From the NCBI GenBank assembly GCA_030390025.1, contig JASTWF010000331.1:186001-250000 (forward strand): a DNA stretch of 64,000 bases, given 5' to 3'. Of this stretch, positions 35,101-50,100 are shown in pieces. Below the pieces are notes generated by a model that did not search any database, was not told where the DNA came from, and worked only from the letters and a program-made list of their open reading frames with translations. The stretch comes from Squalus acanthias. Lineage: Eukaryota. The stretch's first letter is position 1; each line of letters opens with the position of its first letter. The position numbers and the translations under genes are program-made.

Positions 35101-38100
35101 ATCAGTACATTGTGAGTCTGTCCCTCTCTCAGTGCTGGTCAATCAGTACATTGTGAGCCTGTCCCTCTCTCAGTGCTGCCCAATCAGTACATTGTGAGTC
35201 TGTCCCCTCTCAGTGCTGGTCAATCAGTACATTGTGAGCCTGTCCCTCTCTCAGTGCTGGTCAATCAGTACATTGTGAGCCTGTCCCTCTCTCAGTGCTG
35301 GTCAATCAGTACATTGTGAGTCTGTCCCTCTCTCAGTGCTGGTCAATCAGTACATTGTGAGCCTGTCCCTCTCTCAGTGCTGCCCAATCAGTACATTGTG
35401 AGCCTGTCCCTCTCTCAGTGCTGGTCAATCAGTACATTGTGAGCCTGTCCCTCTCTCAGTGCTGCCCAATCAGTACATTGTGAGTCTGTCCCTCTCTCAG
35501 TGCTGGTCAATCAGTACATTGTGAGTCTGTCCCTCTCTCAGTGCTGGTCAATCAGTACATTGTGAGTCTGTCCCTCTCTCAGTGCTGCCCAATCAGTACA
35601 TTGTGAGCCTGTCCCTCTCAGTGCTGGTCAATCAGTACATTGTGAGTCTGTCCCTCTCTCAGTGCTGCCCAATCAGTACATTGTGAGTCTGTCCCCCTCT
35701 CAGTGCTGGTCAATCAGTACATTGTGAGTCTGTCCCTCTCTCAGTGCTGCTCAATCAGTACATTGTGAGCCTGTCCCTCTCTCAGTGCTGGTCAATCAGT
35801 ACATTGTGAGCCTGTCCCTCTCTCAGTGCTGGTCAATCAGTACATTGTGAGCCTGTCCCTCTCTCAGTGCTGCCCAATCAGTACATTGTGAGCCTGTCCC
35901 TCTCTCAGTGCTGCTCAATCAGTACATTGTGAGCCTGTCCCTCTCTCAGTGCTCGTCAATCAGTACATTGTGAGTCTGTCCCTCTCTCAGTGCTGCCCAA
36001 TCAGTACATTGTGAGTCTGTCCCTCTCTCAGTGCTGCCCAATCAGTACATTGTGAGCCTGTCCCTCTCTCAGTGCTGGTCAATCAGTACATTGTGAGTCT
36101 GTCCCTCTCTCAGTGCTGCCCAATCAGTACATTGTGAGCCTGTCCCTCTCTCAGTGCTGCCCAATCAGTACATTGTGAGACTGTCCCTCTCTCAGTGCTG
36201 GTCAATCAGTACATTGTGAGCCTGTCCCTCTCTCAGTGCTGGTCAATCAGTACATTGTGAGTCTGTCCCTCTCTCAGTGCTGGTCAATCAGTACATTGTG
36301 AGCCTGTCCCTCTCTCAGTGCTGCCCAATCAGTACATTGTGAGTCTGTCCCTCTCTCAGTGCTGCCCAATCAGTACATTGTGAGTCTGTCCCTCTCTCAG
36401 TGCTGGTCAATCAGTACATTGTGAGCCTGTCCCCTCTCAGTGCTGCCCAATCAGTACATTGTGAGCCTGTCCCTCTCTCAGTGCTGCCCAATCAGTACAT
36501 TGTGAGTCTGTCCCTCTCTCAGTGCTGGTCAATCAGTACATTGTGAGCCTGTCCCTCTCTCAGTGCTGCCCAATCAGTACATTGTGAGTCTGTCCCTCTC
36601 TCAGTGCTGCCCAATCAGTACATTGTGAGTCTGTCCCTCTCTCAGTGCTGCCCAATCAGTACATTGTGAGTCTGTCCCTCTCTCAGTGCTGGTCAATCAG
36701 TACATTGTGAGCCTGTCCCTCTCTCAGTGCTGGTCAATCAGTACATTGTGAGTCTGTCCCTCTCTCAGTGCTGGTCAATCAGTACATTGTGAGCCTGTCC
36801 CTCTCTCAGTGCTGGTCAATCAGTACATTGTGAGCCTGTCCCTCTCTCAGTGCTGGTCAATCAGTACATTGTGAGCCTGTCCCTCTCTCAGTGCTGGTCA
36901 ATCAGTACATTGTGAGTCTGTCCCTCTCTCAGTGCTGGTCAATCAGTACATTGTGAGCCTGTGCCTCTCTCAGTGCTGCCCAATCAGTACATTGTGAGCC
37001 TGTCCCTCTCTCAGTGCTGGTCAATCAGTACATTGTGTGTCTGTCCCTCTCTCAGTGCTGGTCAATCAGTACATTGTGAGTCTGTCCCTCTCTCAGTGCT
37101 GCCCAATCAGTACATTGTGAGCCTCTCCCTCTCTCAGTGCTGGTCAATCAGTACATTGTGAGTCTGTCCCTCTCTCAGTGCTGGCCAATCAGTACATTGT
37201 GAGCCTGTCCCTCTCTCAGTGCTGGTCAATCAGTACATTGTGAGCCTGTCCCTCTCTCAGTGCTGGTCAATCAGTACATTGTGAGCCTGTCCCTCTCTCA
37301 GTGCTGCCCAATCAGTACATTGTGAGCCTGTCCCTCTCTCAGTGCTGCTCAATCAGTACATTGTGAGCCTGTCCCTCTCTCAGTGCTGCTCAATCAGTAC
37401 ATTTTGAGTCTGTCCCTCTCTCAGCGCTGGTCAATCAGTACATTGTGAGTCAGTCCCTCTCTCAGTGCTGGTCAATCAGTACATTGTGAGCCTGTCCCTC
37501 TCTCAGTGCTGTCAATCAGTACATTGTGAGCCTGTCCCTCTCTCAGTGCTGGTCAATCAGTACATTGTGAGCCTGTCCCTCTCTCAGTGCTGGTCAATCA
37601 GTACATTGTGAGCCTGTCCCTCTCTCAGTGCTGCCCAATCAGTACATTGTGAGTCTGTCCCTCTCTCAGTGCTGGTCAATCAGTACATTGTGAGCCTGTC
37701 CCTCTCTCAGTGCTGGTCAATCAGTACATTGTGAGCCTGTCCCTCTCTCAGTGCTGGTCAATCAGTACATTGTGAGCCTGTCACTCTCTCAGTGCTGGTC
37801 AATCAGTACATTGTGAGTCTGTCCCTCTCTCAGTGCTGTCAATCAGTACATTGTGAGTCTGTCCCTCTCTCAGTGCTGGTCAATCAGTACATTGTGAGCC
37901 TGTCCCTCTCTCAGTGCTGCCCAATCAGTACATTGTGAGTCTGTCCCTCTCTCAGTGCTGGTCAATCAGTACATTGTGAGCCTGTCCCTCTCTCAGTGCT
38001 GGTCAATCAGTACATTGTGAGCCTGTACCTCTCTCAGTGCTGTCAATCAGTACATTGTGAGCCTGTCCCTCTCTCAGTGCTGGTCAATCAGTACATTGTG

Positions 38101-41100
38101 AGTCTGTCCCTCTCTCAGTGCTGCCCAATCAGTACATTGTGAGCCTGTCCCTCTCTCAGTGCTGGTCAATCAGTACATTGTGTGTCTGTCCCTCTCTCAG
38201 TGCTGGTCAATCAGTACATTGTGAGTCTGTCCCTCTCTCAGTGCTGCCCAATCAGTACATTGTGAGCCTGTCCCTCTCTCAGTGCTGGTCAATCAGTACA
38301 TTGTGAGTCTGTCCCTCTCTCAGTGCTGGCCAATCAGTACATTGTGAGCCTGTCCCTCTCTCAGTGCTGGTCAATCAGTACATTGTGAGCCTGTCCCTCT
38401 CTCAGTGCTGGTCAATCAGTACATTGTGAGCCTGTCCCTCTCTCAGTGCTGCCCAATCAGTACATTGTGAGCCTGTCCCTCTCTCAGTGCTGCTCAATCA
38501 GTACATTGTGAGCCTGTCCCTCTCTCAGTGCTGCCCAATCAGTACATTGTGAGTCTGTCCCTCTCTCAGTGCTGGTCAATCAGTACATTGTGAGTCTGTC
38601 CCTCTCTCAGTGCTGGTCAATCAGTACATTGTGAGCCTGTCCCTCTCTCAGTGCTTGTCAATCAGTACATTGTGAGCCTGTCCCTCTCTCAGTGCTGGTC
38701 AATCAGTACATTGTGAGTCTGTCCCTCTCTCAGTGCTGCCCAATCAGTACATTGTGAGTCTGTCCCTCTCTCAGTGCTGCCCAATCAGTACATTGTGAGT
38801 CTGTCCCTCTCTCAGTGCTGGTCAATCAGTACATTGTGAGCCTGTCCCTCTCTCAGTGCTGCCCAATCAGTACATTGTGAGCCTGTCCCTCTCTCAGTGC
38901 TGGTCAATCAGTACATTGTGAGCCTGTCCCTCTCTCAGTGCTGGTCAATTAGCACATTGTGAGCCTGTACCTCTCTCAGTGCTTGTCAATCAGTACATTG
39001 TGAGCCTGTCCCTCTCTCTGTGCTGGTCAATCAGTACATTGTGAGTCTGTGCCTCTCTCAGTGCTGCCCAATCAGTACATTGTGAGCCTGTCCCTCTCTC
39101 TGTGCTGGTCAATCAGTACATTGTGAGCCTGTCCCTCTCTCAGTGCTGCCCAATCAGTACATTGTGAGCCTGTCCCTCTCTCAGTGCTGGTCAATTAGCA
39201 CATTGTGAGTCTGTCCCTCTCTCAGTGCTGGTCAATAATTACATTGTGAGTCAGTCCCTCTCTCAGTGCTGGTCAATCAGTACATTGTGAGCCTGTGCCT
39301 CTCTCAGTGCTGCCCAATCAGTACATTGTGAGCCTGTCCCTCTCTCAGTGCTGCCCAATCAGTACATTGTGAGTCTGTCCCTCACTCAGTGCTGATCAAT
39401 CAGTACATTGTGAGTCTGTCCCTCTCTCAGTGCTGGTCAATCAGTACATTGTGAGTCTGTCCCTCTCTCAGTGCTGGTCAATCAGTACATTGTGAGTCTG
39501 TCCCTCTCTCAGTGCTGCCCAATCAGTACATTGTGAGTCTGTCCCTCTCTCAGTGCTGGTCAATCAGTACATTGTGAGCCTGTCCCTCTCTCAGTGCTGG
39601 TCAATCAGTACATTGTGAGCCTGTCCCTCTCTCAGTGCTGCTCAATCAGTACATTGTGAGCCTGTCCCTCTCTCAGTGCTGGTCAATCAGTACATTGTGA
39701 GTCTGTCCCTCTCTCAGTGCTGCTCAATCAGTACATTGTGAGCCTGTCCCTCTCTCAGTGCTGGTCAATCAGTACATTGTGAGCCTGTCCCTCTCTCAGT
39801 GCTGGTCAATCAGTACATTGTGAGCCTGTCCCTCTCTCAGTGCTGGTCAATCAGTACATTGTGAGCCTGTCCCTCTCTCAGTGCTGTTCAATCAGTACAT
39901 TGTGAGCCTGTCCCTCTCTCAGTGCTGCCCAATCAGTACATTGTGAGCCTGTCCTCTCTCAGTGCTGCCCAATCAGTACATTGTGAGTCTGTCCCTCTCT
40001 CAGTGCTGCCCAATCAGTACATTGTGAGTCTGTCCCTCTCTCAGTGCTGGTCAATCAGTACATTGTGAGCCTGTCCCTCTCTCAGTGCTGCCCAATCAGT
40101 ACATTGTGAGTCTGTCCCTCTCTCAGTGCTGGTCAATCAGTACATTGTGAGTCTGTCCCTCTCTCAGTGCTGGTCAATCAGTACATTGTGAGTCTGTCCC
40201 TCTCTCAGTGCTGATCAATCAGTACATTGTGAGTCTGTCCCTCTCTCAGTGCTGGTCAATCAGTACATTGTGAGTCTGTCCCTCTCTCAGTGCTGGTCAA
40301 TCAGTACATTGTGAGTCTGTCCCTCTCTCAGTGCTGGTCAATCAGTACATTGTGAGTCTGTCCCTCTCTCAGTGCTGGTCAATCAGTACATTGTGAGTCT
40401 GTCCCTCTCTCAGTGCTGGTCAATCAGTACATTGTGAGCCTGTCCCTCTCTCAGTGCTGGTCAATCAGTACATTGTGAGTCTGTCCCTCTCTCAGTGCTG
40501 GTCAATCAGTACATTGTGAGTCTGTCCCTCTCTCAGTGCTGGTCAATCAGTACATTGTGAGTCTGTCCCTCTCTCAGTGCTGATCAGTCAGTACATTGTG
40601 AGTCTGTCCCTCTCTCAGTGCTGGTCAATCAGTACATTGTGAGTCTGTCCCTCTCTCAGTGCTGGTCAATCAGTACATTGTGAGCCTGTCCCTCTCTCAG
40701 TGCTGGTCAATCAGTACATTGTGAGCCTGTCCCTCTCTCAGTGCTGGTCAATCAGTACATTGTGAGTCTGTCCCTCTCTCAGTGCTGCCCAATCAGTACA
40801 TTGTGAGTCTGTCCCTCTCTCAGTGCTGGTCAATCAGTACATTGTGAGTCTGTCCCTCTCTCAGTGCTGCCCAATCAGTACATTGTGAGTCTGTCCCTCT
40901 CTCAGTGCTGGTCAATCAGTACATTGTGAGTCTGTCCCTCTCTCAGTGCTGCCCAATCAGTACATTGTGAGTCTGTCCCTCTCTCAGTGCTGGTCAATCA
41001 GTACATTGTGAGCCTGTCCCTCTCTCAGTGCTGGTCAATCAGTACATTGTGAGTCTGTCCCTCTCTCAGTGCTGGTCAATCAGTACATTGTGAGCCTGTC

Positions 41101-44100
41101 CCCCTCTCAGTGCTGGTCAATCAGTACATTGTGAGTCTGTCCCTCTCTCAGTGCTGGTCAATCAGTACATTGTGAGTCTGTCCCTCTCTCAGTGCTGGTC
41201 AATCAGTACATTGTGAGTCTGTCCCTCTCTCAGTGCTGGTCAATCAGTACATTGTGAGTCTGTCCCTCTCTCAGTGCTGGTCAATCAGTACATTGTGAGT
41301 CTGTCCCTCTCTCAGTGCTGCCCAATCAGTACATTGTGAGACTGTCCCTCTCTCAGTGCTGATCAATCAGTACATTGTGAGTCTGTCCCTCTCTCAGTGC
41401 TGGTCAATCAGTACATTGTGAGTCTGTCCCTGTCTCAGTGCTGCCCAATCAGTACATTGTGAGTCTGGACCTCTCTCAATGCTGGTCAATCAGTACATTG
41501 TGAGCCTGTCCCCCTCTCAGTGCTGGTCAATCAGTACATTGTGAGCCTGTCCCTCTCTCAGTGCTGGTCAATCAGTACATTGTGAGTCTGTCTCTCTCTC
41601 AGTGCTGGTTAATCAGTACATTGCGAGTCTGTCCCCCTCTCAGTGCTGGTCTATCAGTACATTGTGAGCCTGTCCCTCTCTCAGTGCTGGTCAATCAGTA
41701 CATTGTGAGCCTGTCCCTCTCTCAGTGCTGGTCAATCAGTACATTGTGAGCCTGTCCCTCTCTCAGTGCTGGTCAATCAGTACATTGTGAGTCTGTCTCT
41801 CTCTCTGTGCTGCCCAATCAGTACATTGTGAGACTGTCCCTCTCTCAGTGCTGATCAATCAGTACATTGTGAGTCTGTCCCTGTCTCAGTGCTGGTCAAT
41901 CAGTACATTGTGAGACTGTCCCTCTCTCAGTGCTGATCAATCAGTACATTGTGAGTCTGTCCCTCTCTCAGTGCTGGCCAATCAGTACATTGTGAGTCTG
42001 TCCCTCTCTCAGTGCTGGCTATCAGTACATTGTGAGTCTGTCCCTCTCTCAGTGCTGGTCAATCAGTACATTGTGAGCCTGTCCCTCTCTCAGTGCTGGT
42101 CAATCAGTACATTGTGAGCCTGTCCCTCTCTCAGTGCTGGTCAATCAGTACATTGTGAGTCTGTCCCTCTCTCAGTGCTGGTCAATCAGTACATTGTGAG
42201 TCTGTCCCTCTCTCAGTGCTGTCAATCAGTACATTGTGAGCCTGTCCCTCTCTCAGTGCTGGTCAATCAGTACATTGTGAGTCTGTCCCTCTCTCAGTGC
42301 TGGTCAATCAGTACATTGTGAGCCTGTCCCTCTCTCAGTGCTGGTCAATCAGTACATTGTGAGTCTGTCCCTCTCTCAGTGCTGGTCAATCAGTACATTG
42401 TGAGTCTGTCCCTCTCTCAGTGCTGGTCAATCAGTACATTGTGAGCCTGTCCCCCTCTCAGTGCTGGTCAATCAGTACATTGTGAGTCTGTCCCTCTCTC
42501 AGTGCTGGTCAATCAGTACATTGTGAGTCTGTCCCTCTCTCAGTGCTGGTCAATCAGTACATTGTGAGTCTGTCCCTCTCTCAGTGCTGGTCAATCAGTA
42601 CATTGTGAGTCTGTCCCTCTCTCAGTGCTGGTCAATCAGTACATTGTGAGACTGTCCCTCTCTCAGTGCTGGTCAATCAGTACATTGTGAGCCTGTCCCC
42701 TCTCTCAGTGCTGGTCAATCAGTACATTGTGAGTCTGTCCCTCTCTCAGTGCTGGTCAATCAGTACATTGTGAGTCTGTCCCTCTCTCAGTGCTGGTCAA
42801 TCAGTACATTGTGAGCCTGTCCCCCTCTCAGTGCTGGTCAATCAGTACATTGTGAGTCTGTCCCTCTCTCAGTGCTGCCCAATCAGTACATTGTGAGTCT
42901 GTCCCTCTCTCAGTGCTGGTCAATCAGTACTTTGTGAGTCTGTCCCTCTCTCAGTGCTGGTCAATCAGTACATTGTGAGCCTGTCCCTCTCTCAGTGATG
43001 CCCAATCAGTACATTGTGAGTCTGTCCCTCTCTCAGTGCTGCCCAATCAGTACATTGTGAGTCTGTCCCTCTCTCAGTGCTGGTCAATCAGTACATTGTG
43101 AGTCTGTCCCTCTCTCAGTGCTGCCCAATCAGTACATTGTGAGCCTGTCCCCTCTCAGTGCTGGTCAATCAGTACATTGTGAGTCTGTCCCTCTCTCAGT
43201 GCTGCCCAATCAGTACATTGTGAGTCTGTCCCTCTCTCAGTGCTGGTCAATCAGTACATTGTGAGCCTGTCCCTCTCTCAGTGCTGCCCAATCAGTACAT
43301 TGTGAGCCTGTCCCTCTCTCAGTGCTGACAATCAGTACATTGTGAGTCTGTCCCTCTCTCAGTGCTGGTCAATCAGTACATTGTGAGTCTGTCCCTCTCT
43401 CAGTGCTGGTCAATCAGTACATTGTGAGCCTGTCCCTCTCTCAGTGCTGCCCAATCAGTACATTGTGAGTCTGTCCCTCTCTCAGTGCTGCCCAATCAGT
43501 ACATTGTGAGTCTGTCCCTCTCTCAGTGCTGCCCAATCAGTACATTGTGAGTCTGTCCCTCTCTCAGTGCTGGTCAATCAGTACATTGTGAGCCTGTCCC
43601 TCTCTCAGTGCTGGTCAATCAGTACATTGTGAGCCTGTCCCTCTCTCAGTGCTGGTCAATCAGTACATTGTGAGTCTGTCCCTCTCTCAGTGCTGCCCAA
43701 TCAGTACATTGTGAGTCTGTCCCTCTCTCAGTGCTGGTCAATCAGTACATTGTGAGTCTGTCCCTCTCTCAGTGCTGCCCAATCAGTACATTGTGAGTCT
43801 GTCCCTCTCTCAGTGCTGGTCAATCAGTACATTGTGAGTCTGTCCCTCTCTCAGTGCTGGTCAATCAGTACATTGTGAGTCTGTCCCTCTCTCAGTGCTG
43901 ATCAATCAGTACATTGTGAGTCTGTCCCTCTCTCAGTGCTGGTCAATCAGTACATTGTGAGCCTGTCCCTCTCTCAGTGCTGGTCAATCAGTACATTGTG
44001 AGCCTGTCCCTCTCTCAGTGCTGGTCAATCAGTACATTGTGAGCCTGTCCCTCTCTCAGTGCTGTCAATCAGTACATTGTGAGTCTGTCCCTCTCTCAGT

Positions 44101-47100
44101 GCTGGTCAATCAGTACATTGTGAGTCTGTCCCTCTCTCAGTGCTGGTCAATCAGTACATTGTGAGTCTGTCCCTCTCTCAGTGCTGGTCAATCAGTACAT
44201 TGTGAGCCTGTCCCTCTCTCAGTGCTGGTCAATCAGTACATTGTGAGTCTGTCCCTCTCTCAGTGCTGGTCAATCAGTACATTGTGAGTCTGTCCCTCTC
44301 TCAGTGCTGGTCAATCAGTACATTGTGAGTCTGTCCCTCTCTCAGTGCTGGTCAATCAGTACATTGTGAGCCTGTCCCTCTCTCAGTGCTGGTCAATCAG
44401 TACATTGTGAGTCTGTCCCTCTCTCAGTGCTGGTCAATCAGTACATTGTGAGCCTGTCCCTCTCTCAGTGCTGGTCAATCAGTACATTGTGAGTCTGTCC
44501 CTCTCTCAGTGCTGGTCAATCAGTACATTGTGAGTCTGTCCCTCTCTCAGTGCTGGTCAATCAGTACATTGTGAGCCTGTCCCTCTCTCAGTGCTGGTCA
44601 ATCAGTACATTGTGAGTCTGTCCCTCTCTCAGTGCTGGTCAATCAGTACATTGTGAGTCTGTCCCTCTCTCAGTGCTGGTCAATCAGTACATTGTGAGTC
44701 TGTCCCTCTCTCAGTGCTGGTCAATCAGTACATTGTGAGTCTGTCCCTCTCTCAGTGCTGGTCAATCAGTACATTGTGAGTCTGTCCCTCTCTCAGTGCT
44801 GGTCAATCAGTACATTGTGAGCCTGTCCCTCTCTCAGTGCTGGTCAATCAGTACATTGTGAGTCTGTCCCTCTCTCAGTGCTGCCCAATCAGTACATTGT
44901 GAGTCTGTCCCTCTCTCAGTGCTGCCCAATCAGTACATTGTGAGCCTGTCCCTCTCTCAGTGCTGCCCAATCAGTACATTGTGAGACTGTCCCTCTCTCA
45001 GTGCTGATCAATCAGTACATTGTGAGCCTGTCCCTCTCTCAGTGCTGTCAATCAGTACATTGTGAGCCTGTCCCTCTCTCAGTGCTGGTCAATCAGTACA
45101 TTGTGAGTCTGTCCCTCTCTCAGTGCTGCCCAATCAGTACATTGTGAGACTGTCCCTCTCTCAGTGCTGGTCAATCAGTACATTGTGAGTCTGTCCCTCT
45201 CTCAGTGCTGCCCAATCAGTACATTGTGAGACTGTCCCTCTCTCAGTGCTGGTCAATCAGTACATTGTGAGACTGTCCCTCTCTCAGTGCTGGCCAATCA
45301 GTACATTGTGAGTCTGTCCCTCTCTCAGTGCTGCTCAATCAGTACATTGTGAGTCTGTCCCTCTCTCAGTGCTGGCCAATCAGTACATTGTGAGCCTGTC
45401 CCTCTCTCAGTGCTGTCAATCAGTACATTGTGAGCCTGTCCCTCTCTCAGTGCTGGTCAATCAGTACATTGTGAGTCTGTCCCTCTCTCAGTGCTGGCCA
45501 ATCAGTACATTGTGAGCCTGTCCCTCTCTCAGTGCTGGTCAATCAGTACATTGTGAGTCTGTCCCTCTCTCAGTGCTGTCCAATCAGTACATTGTGAGTC
45601 TGTCCCTCTCTCAGTGCTGGTCAATCAGTACATTGTGAGTCTGTCCCTCTCTCAGTGCTGCCAATCAGTACATTGTGAGTCTGTCCCTCTCTCAGTGCTG
45701 GTCAATCAGTACATTGTGAGTCTGTCCCTCTCTCAGTGCTGGTCAATCAGTACATTGTGAGCCTGTCCCTCTCTCAGTGCTGGTCAATCAGTACATTGTG
45801 AGTCTGTCCCTCTCTCAGTGCTGGTCAATCAGTACATTGTGAGCCTGTCCCTCTCTCAGTGCTGCCCAATCAGTACATTGTGAGTCTGTCCCTCTCTCAG
45901 TGCTGCCCAATCAGTACATTGTGAGTCTGTCCCTCTCTCAGTGCTGGTCAATCAGTACATTGTGAGCTGTCCCTCTCTCAGTGCTGCCCAATCAGTACAT
46001 TGTGAGTCTGTCCCTCTCTCAGTGCTGCCCAATCAGTACATTGTGAGCCTGTCCCTCTCTCAGTGCTGCCCAATCAGTACATTGTGAGCCTGTCCCTCTC
46101 TCAGTGCTGGTCAATCAGTACATTGTGAGCCTGTCCCTCTCTCAGTGCTGGTCAATCAGTACATTGTGAGCCTGTCCCTCTCTCAGTGCTGGTCAATCAG
46201 TACATTGTGAGTCTGTCCCTCTCTCAGTGCTGCCCAATCAGTACATTGTGAGACTGTCCCTCTCTCAGTGCTGCTCAATCAGTACATTGTGAGTCTGTCC
46301 CTCTCTCAGTGCTGTCAATCAGTACATTGTGAGTCTGTCCCTCTCTCAGTGCTGCCCAATCAGTACATTGTGAGTCTGTCCCTCTCTCAGTGCTGCCCAA
46401 TCAGTACATTGTGAGTCTGTCCCTCTCTCAGTGCTGTCCAATCAGTACATTGTGAGTCTGTCCCTCTCTCAGTGCTGCCCAATCAGTACATTGTGAGTCT
46501 GTCCCTCTCTCAGTGCTGGTCAATCAGTACATTGTGAGTCTGTCCCTCTCTCAGTGCTGTCAATCAGTACATTGTGAGTCTGTCCCTCTCTCAGTGCTGC
46601 TCAATCAGTACATTGTGAGTCTGTCCCTCTCTCAGTGCTGTCCAATCAGTACATTGTGAGTCTGTCCCTCTCTCAGTGCTGGTCAATCAGTACATTGTGA
46701 GTCTGTCCCTCTCTCAGTGCTGGTCCAATCAGTACATTGTGAGTCTGTCCCTCTCTCAGTGCTGTCAATCAGTACATTGTGAGCCTGTCCCCTCTCAGTG
46801 CTGGTCAATCAGTACATTGTGAGTCTGTCCCTCTCTCAGTGCTGGTCAATCAGTACATTGTGAGTCTGTCCCTCTCTCAGTGCTGGTCAATCAGTACATT
46901 GTGAGTCTGTCCCTCTCTCAGTGCTGCCCAATCAGTACATTGTGAGTCTGTCCCTCTCTCAGTGCTGCCAATCAGTACATTGTGAGCCTGTCCCTCTCTC
47001 AGTGCTGCCCAATCAGTACATTGTGAGCCTGTCCCTCTCTCAGTGCTGCCCAATCAGTACATTGTGAGCCTGTCCCTCTCTCAGTGCTGCCAATCAGTAC

Positions 47101-50100
47101 ATTGTGAGCCTGTCCCTCTCTCAGTGCTGCCAATCAGTACATTGTGAGCCTGTCCCTCTCTCAGTGCTGTCAATCAGTACATTGTGAGTCTGTCCCTCTC
47201 TCAGTGCTGCCAATCAGTACATTGTGAGTCTGTCCCTCTCTCAGTGCTGCCAATCAGTACATTGTGAGTCTGTCCCTCTCTCAGTGCTGCCAATCAGTAC
47301 ATTGTGAGTCTGTCCCTCTCTCAGTGCTGCCAATCAGTACATTGTGAGTCTGTCCCTCTCTCAGTGCTGCCCAATCAGTACATTGTGAGCCTGTCCCTCT
47401 CTCAGTGCTGCCAATCAGTACATTGTGAGTCTGTCCCTCTCTCAGTGCTGTCCAATCAGTACATTGTGAGCCTGTCCCTCTCTCAGTGCTGCCCAATCAG
47501 TACATTGTGAGTCTGTCCCTCTCTCAGTGCTGCCAATCAGTACATTGTGAGCCTGTCCCTCTCTCAGTGCTGCCAATCAGTACATTGTGAGCCTGTCCCT
47601 CTCTCAGTGCTGCCAATCAGTACATTGTGAGTCTGTCCCTCTCTCAGTGCTGGTCAATCAGTACATTGTGAGTCTGTCCCTCTCTCAGTGCTGGTCAATC
47701 AGTACATTGTGAGTCTGTCCCTCTCTCAGTGCTGCCAATCAGTACATTGTGAGTCTGTCCCTCTCTCAGTGCTGCCAATCAGTACATTGTGAGCCTGTCC
47801 CTCTCTCAGTGCTGTCAATCAGTACATTGTGAGTCTGTCCCTCTCTCAGTGCTGCCCAATCAGTACATTGTGAGCCTGTCCCTCTCTCAGTGCTGGTCAA
47901 TCAGTACATTGTGAGCCTGTCCCTCTCTCAGTGCTGGTCAATCAGTACATTGTGAGTCTGTCCCTCTCTCAGTGCTGCCCAATCAGTACATTGTGAGTCT
48001 GTCCCTCTCTCAGTGCTGCTCAATCAGTACATTGTGAGTCTGTCCCTCTCTCAGTGCTGGTCAATCAGTACATTGTGAGCCTGTCCCTCTCTCAGTGCTG
48101 TCAATCAGTACATTGTGAGTCTGTCCCTCTCTCAGTGCTGGCAATCAGTACATTGTGAGTCTGCCCCTCTCTCAGTGCTGGCCAATCAGTACATTGTGAG
48201 TCTGTCCCTCTCTCAGTGCTGTCAATCAGTACATTGTGAGCCTGTCCCTCTCTCAGTGCTGGTCAATCAGTACATTGTGAGCCTGTCCCTCTCTCAGTGC
48301 TGGTCAATCAGTACATTGTGAGCCTGTCCCTCTCTCAGTGCTGGTCAATCAGTACATTGTGAGTCTGTCCCTCTCTCAGTGCTGGTCAATCAGTACATTG
48401 TGAGTCTGTCCCTCTCTCAGTGCTGCCAATCAGTACATTGTGAGTCTGTCCCTCTCTCAGTGCTGTCAATCAGTACATTGTGAGCCTGTCCCTCTCTCAG
48501 TGCTGTCAATCAGTACATTGTGAGCCTGTCCCTCTCTCAGTGCTGCCAATCAGTACATTGTGAGTCTGTCCCTCTCTCAGTGCTGCCAATCAGTACATTG
48601 TGAGTCTGTCCCTCTCTCAGTGCTGCCAATCAGTACATTGTGAGCCTGTCCCTCTCTCAGTGCTGTCAATCAGTACATTGTGAGTCTGTCCCTCTCTCAG
48701 TGCTGCCAATCAGTACATTGTGAGTCTGTCCCTCTCTCAGTGCTGCCAATCAGTACATTGTGAGTCTGTCCCTCTCTCAGTGCTGCCAATCAGTACATTG
48801 TGAGTCTGTCCCTCTCTCAGTGCTGTCCAATCAGTACATTGTGAGCCTGTCCCTCTCTCAGTGCTGCCCAATCAGTACATTGTGAGTCTGTCCCTCTCTC
48901 AGTGCTGCCCAATCAGTACATTGTGAGTCTGTCCCTCTCTCAGTGCTGCCCAATCAGTACATTGTGAGCCTGTCCCTCTCTCAGTGCTGTCAATCAGTAC
49001 ATTGTGAGTCTGTCCCTCTCTCAGTGCTGCCCAATCAGTACATTGTGAGTCTGTCCCTCTCTCAGTGCTGTCCAATCAGTACATTGTGAGCCTGTCCCTC
49101 TCTCAGTGCTGCCCAATCAGTACATTGTGAGCCTGTCCCTCTCTCAGTGCTGCCCAATCAGTACATTGTGAGTCTGTCCCTCTCTCAGTGCTGGTCAATC
49201 AGTACATTGTGAGTCTGTCCCTCTCTCAGTGCTGGTCAATCAGTACATTGTGAGCCTGTCCCTCTCTCAGTGCTGCCCAATCAGTACATTGTGAGTCTGT
49301 CCCTCTCTCAGTGCTGCCCAATCAGTACATTGTGAGTCTGTCCCTCTCTCAGTGCTGCCCAATCAGTACATTGTGAGTCTGTCCCTCTCTCAGTGCTGGT
49401 CAATCAGTACATTGTGAGCCTGTCCCTCTCTCAGTGCTGGTCAATCAGTACATTGTGAGCCTGTCCCTCTCTCAGTGCTGGTCAATCAGTACATTGTGAG
49501 TCTGTCCCTCTCTCAGTGCTGGTCAATCAGTACATTGTGAGCCTGTCCCCTCTCAGTGCTGTCAATCAGTACATTGTGAGTCTGTCCCTCTCTCAGTGCT
49601 GCCCAATCAGTACATTGTGAGTCTGTCCCTCTCTCAGTGCTGGTCAATCAGTACATTGTGAGTCTGTCCCTCTCTCAGTGCTGCCCAATCAGTACATTGT
49701 GAGTCTGTCCCTCTCTCAGTGCTGGTCAATCAGTACATTGTGAGTCTGTCCCTCTCTCAGTGCTGGTCCAATCAGTACATTGTGAGTCTGTCCCTCTCTC
49801 AGTGCTGCTCAATCAGTACATTGTGAGTCTGTCCCTCTCTCAGTGCTGTCAATCAGTACATTGTGAGCCTGTCCCTCTCTCAGTGCTGGTCAATCAGTAC
49901 ATTGTGAGTCTGTCCCTCTCTCAGTGCTGTCAATCAGTACATTGTGAGTCTGTCCCTCTCTCAGTGCTGGTCAATCAGTACATTGTGAGCCTGTCCCTCT
50001 CTCAGTGCTGCCAATCAGTACATTGTGAGTCTGTCCCTCTCTCAGTGCTGTCCAATCAGTACATTGTGAGTCTGTCCCTCTCTCAGTGCTGCCCAATCAG

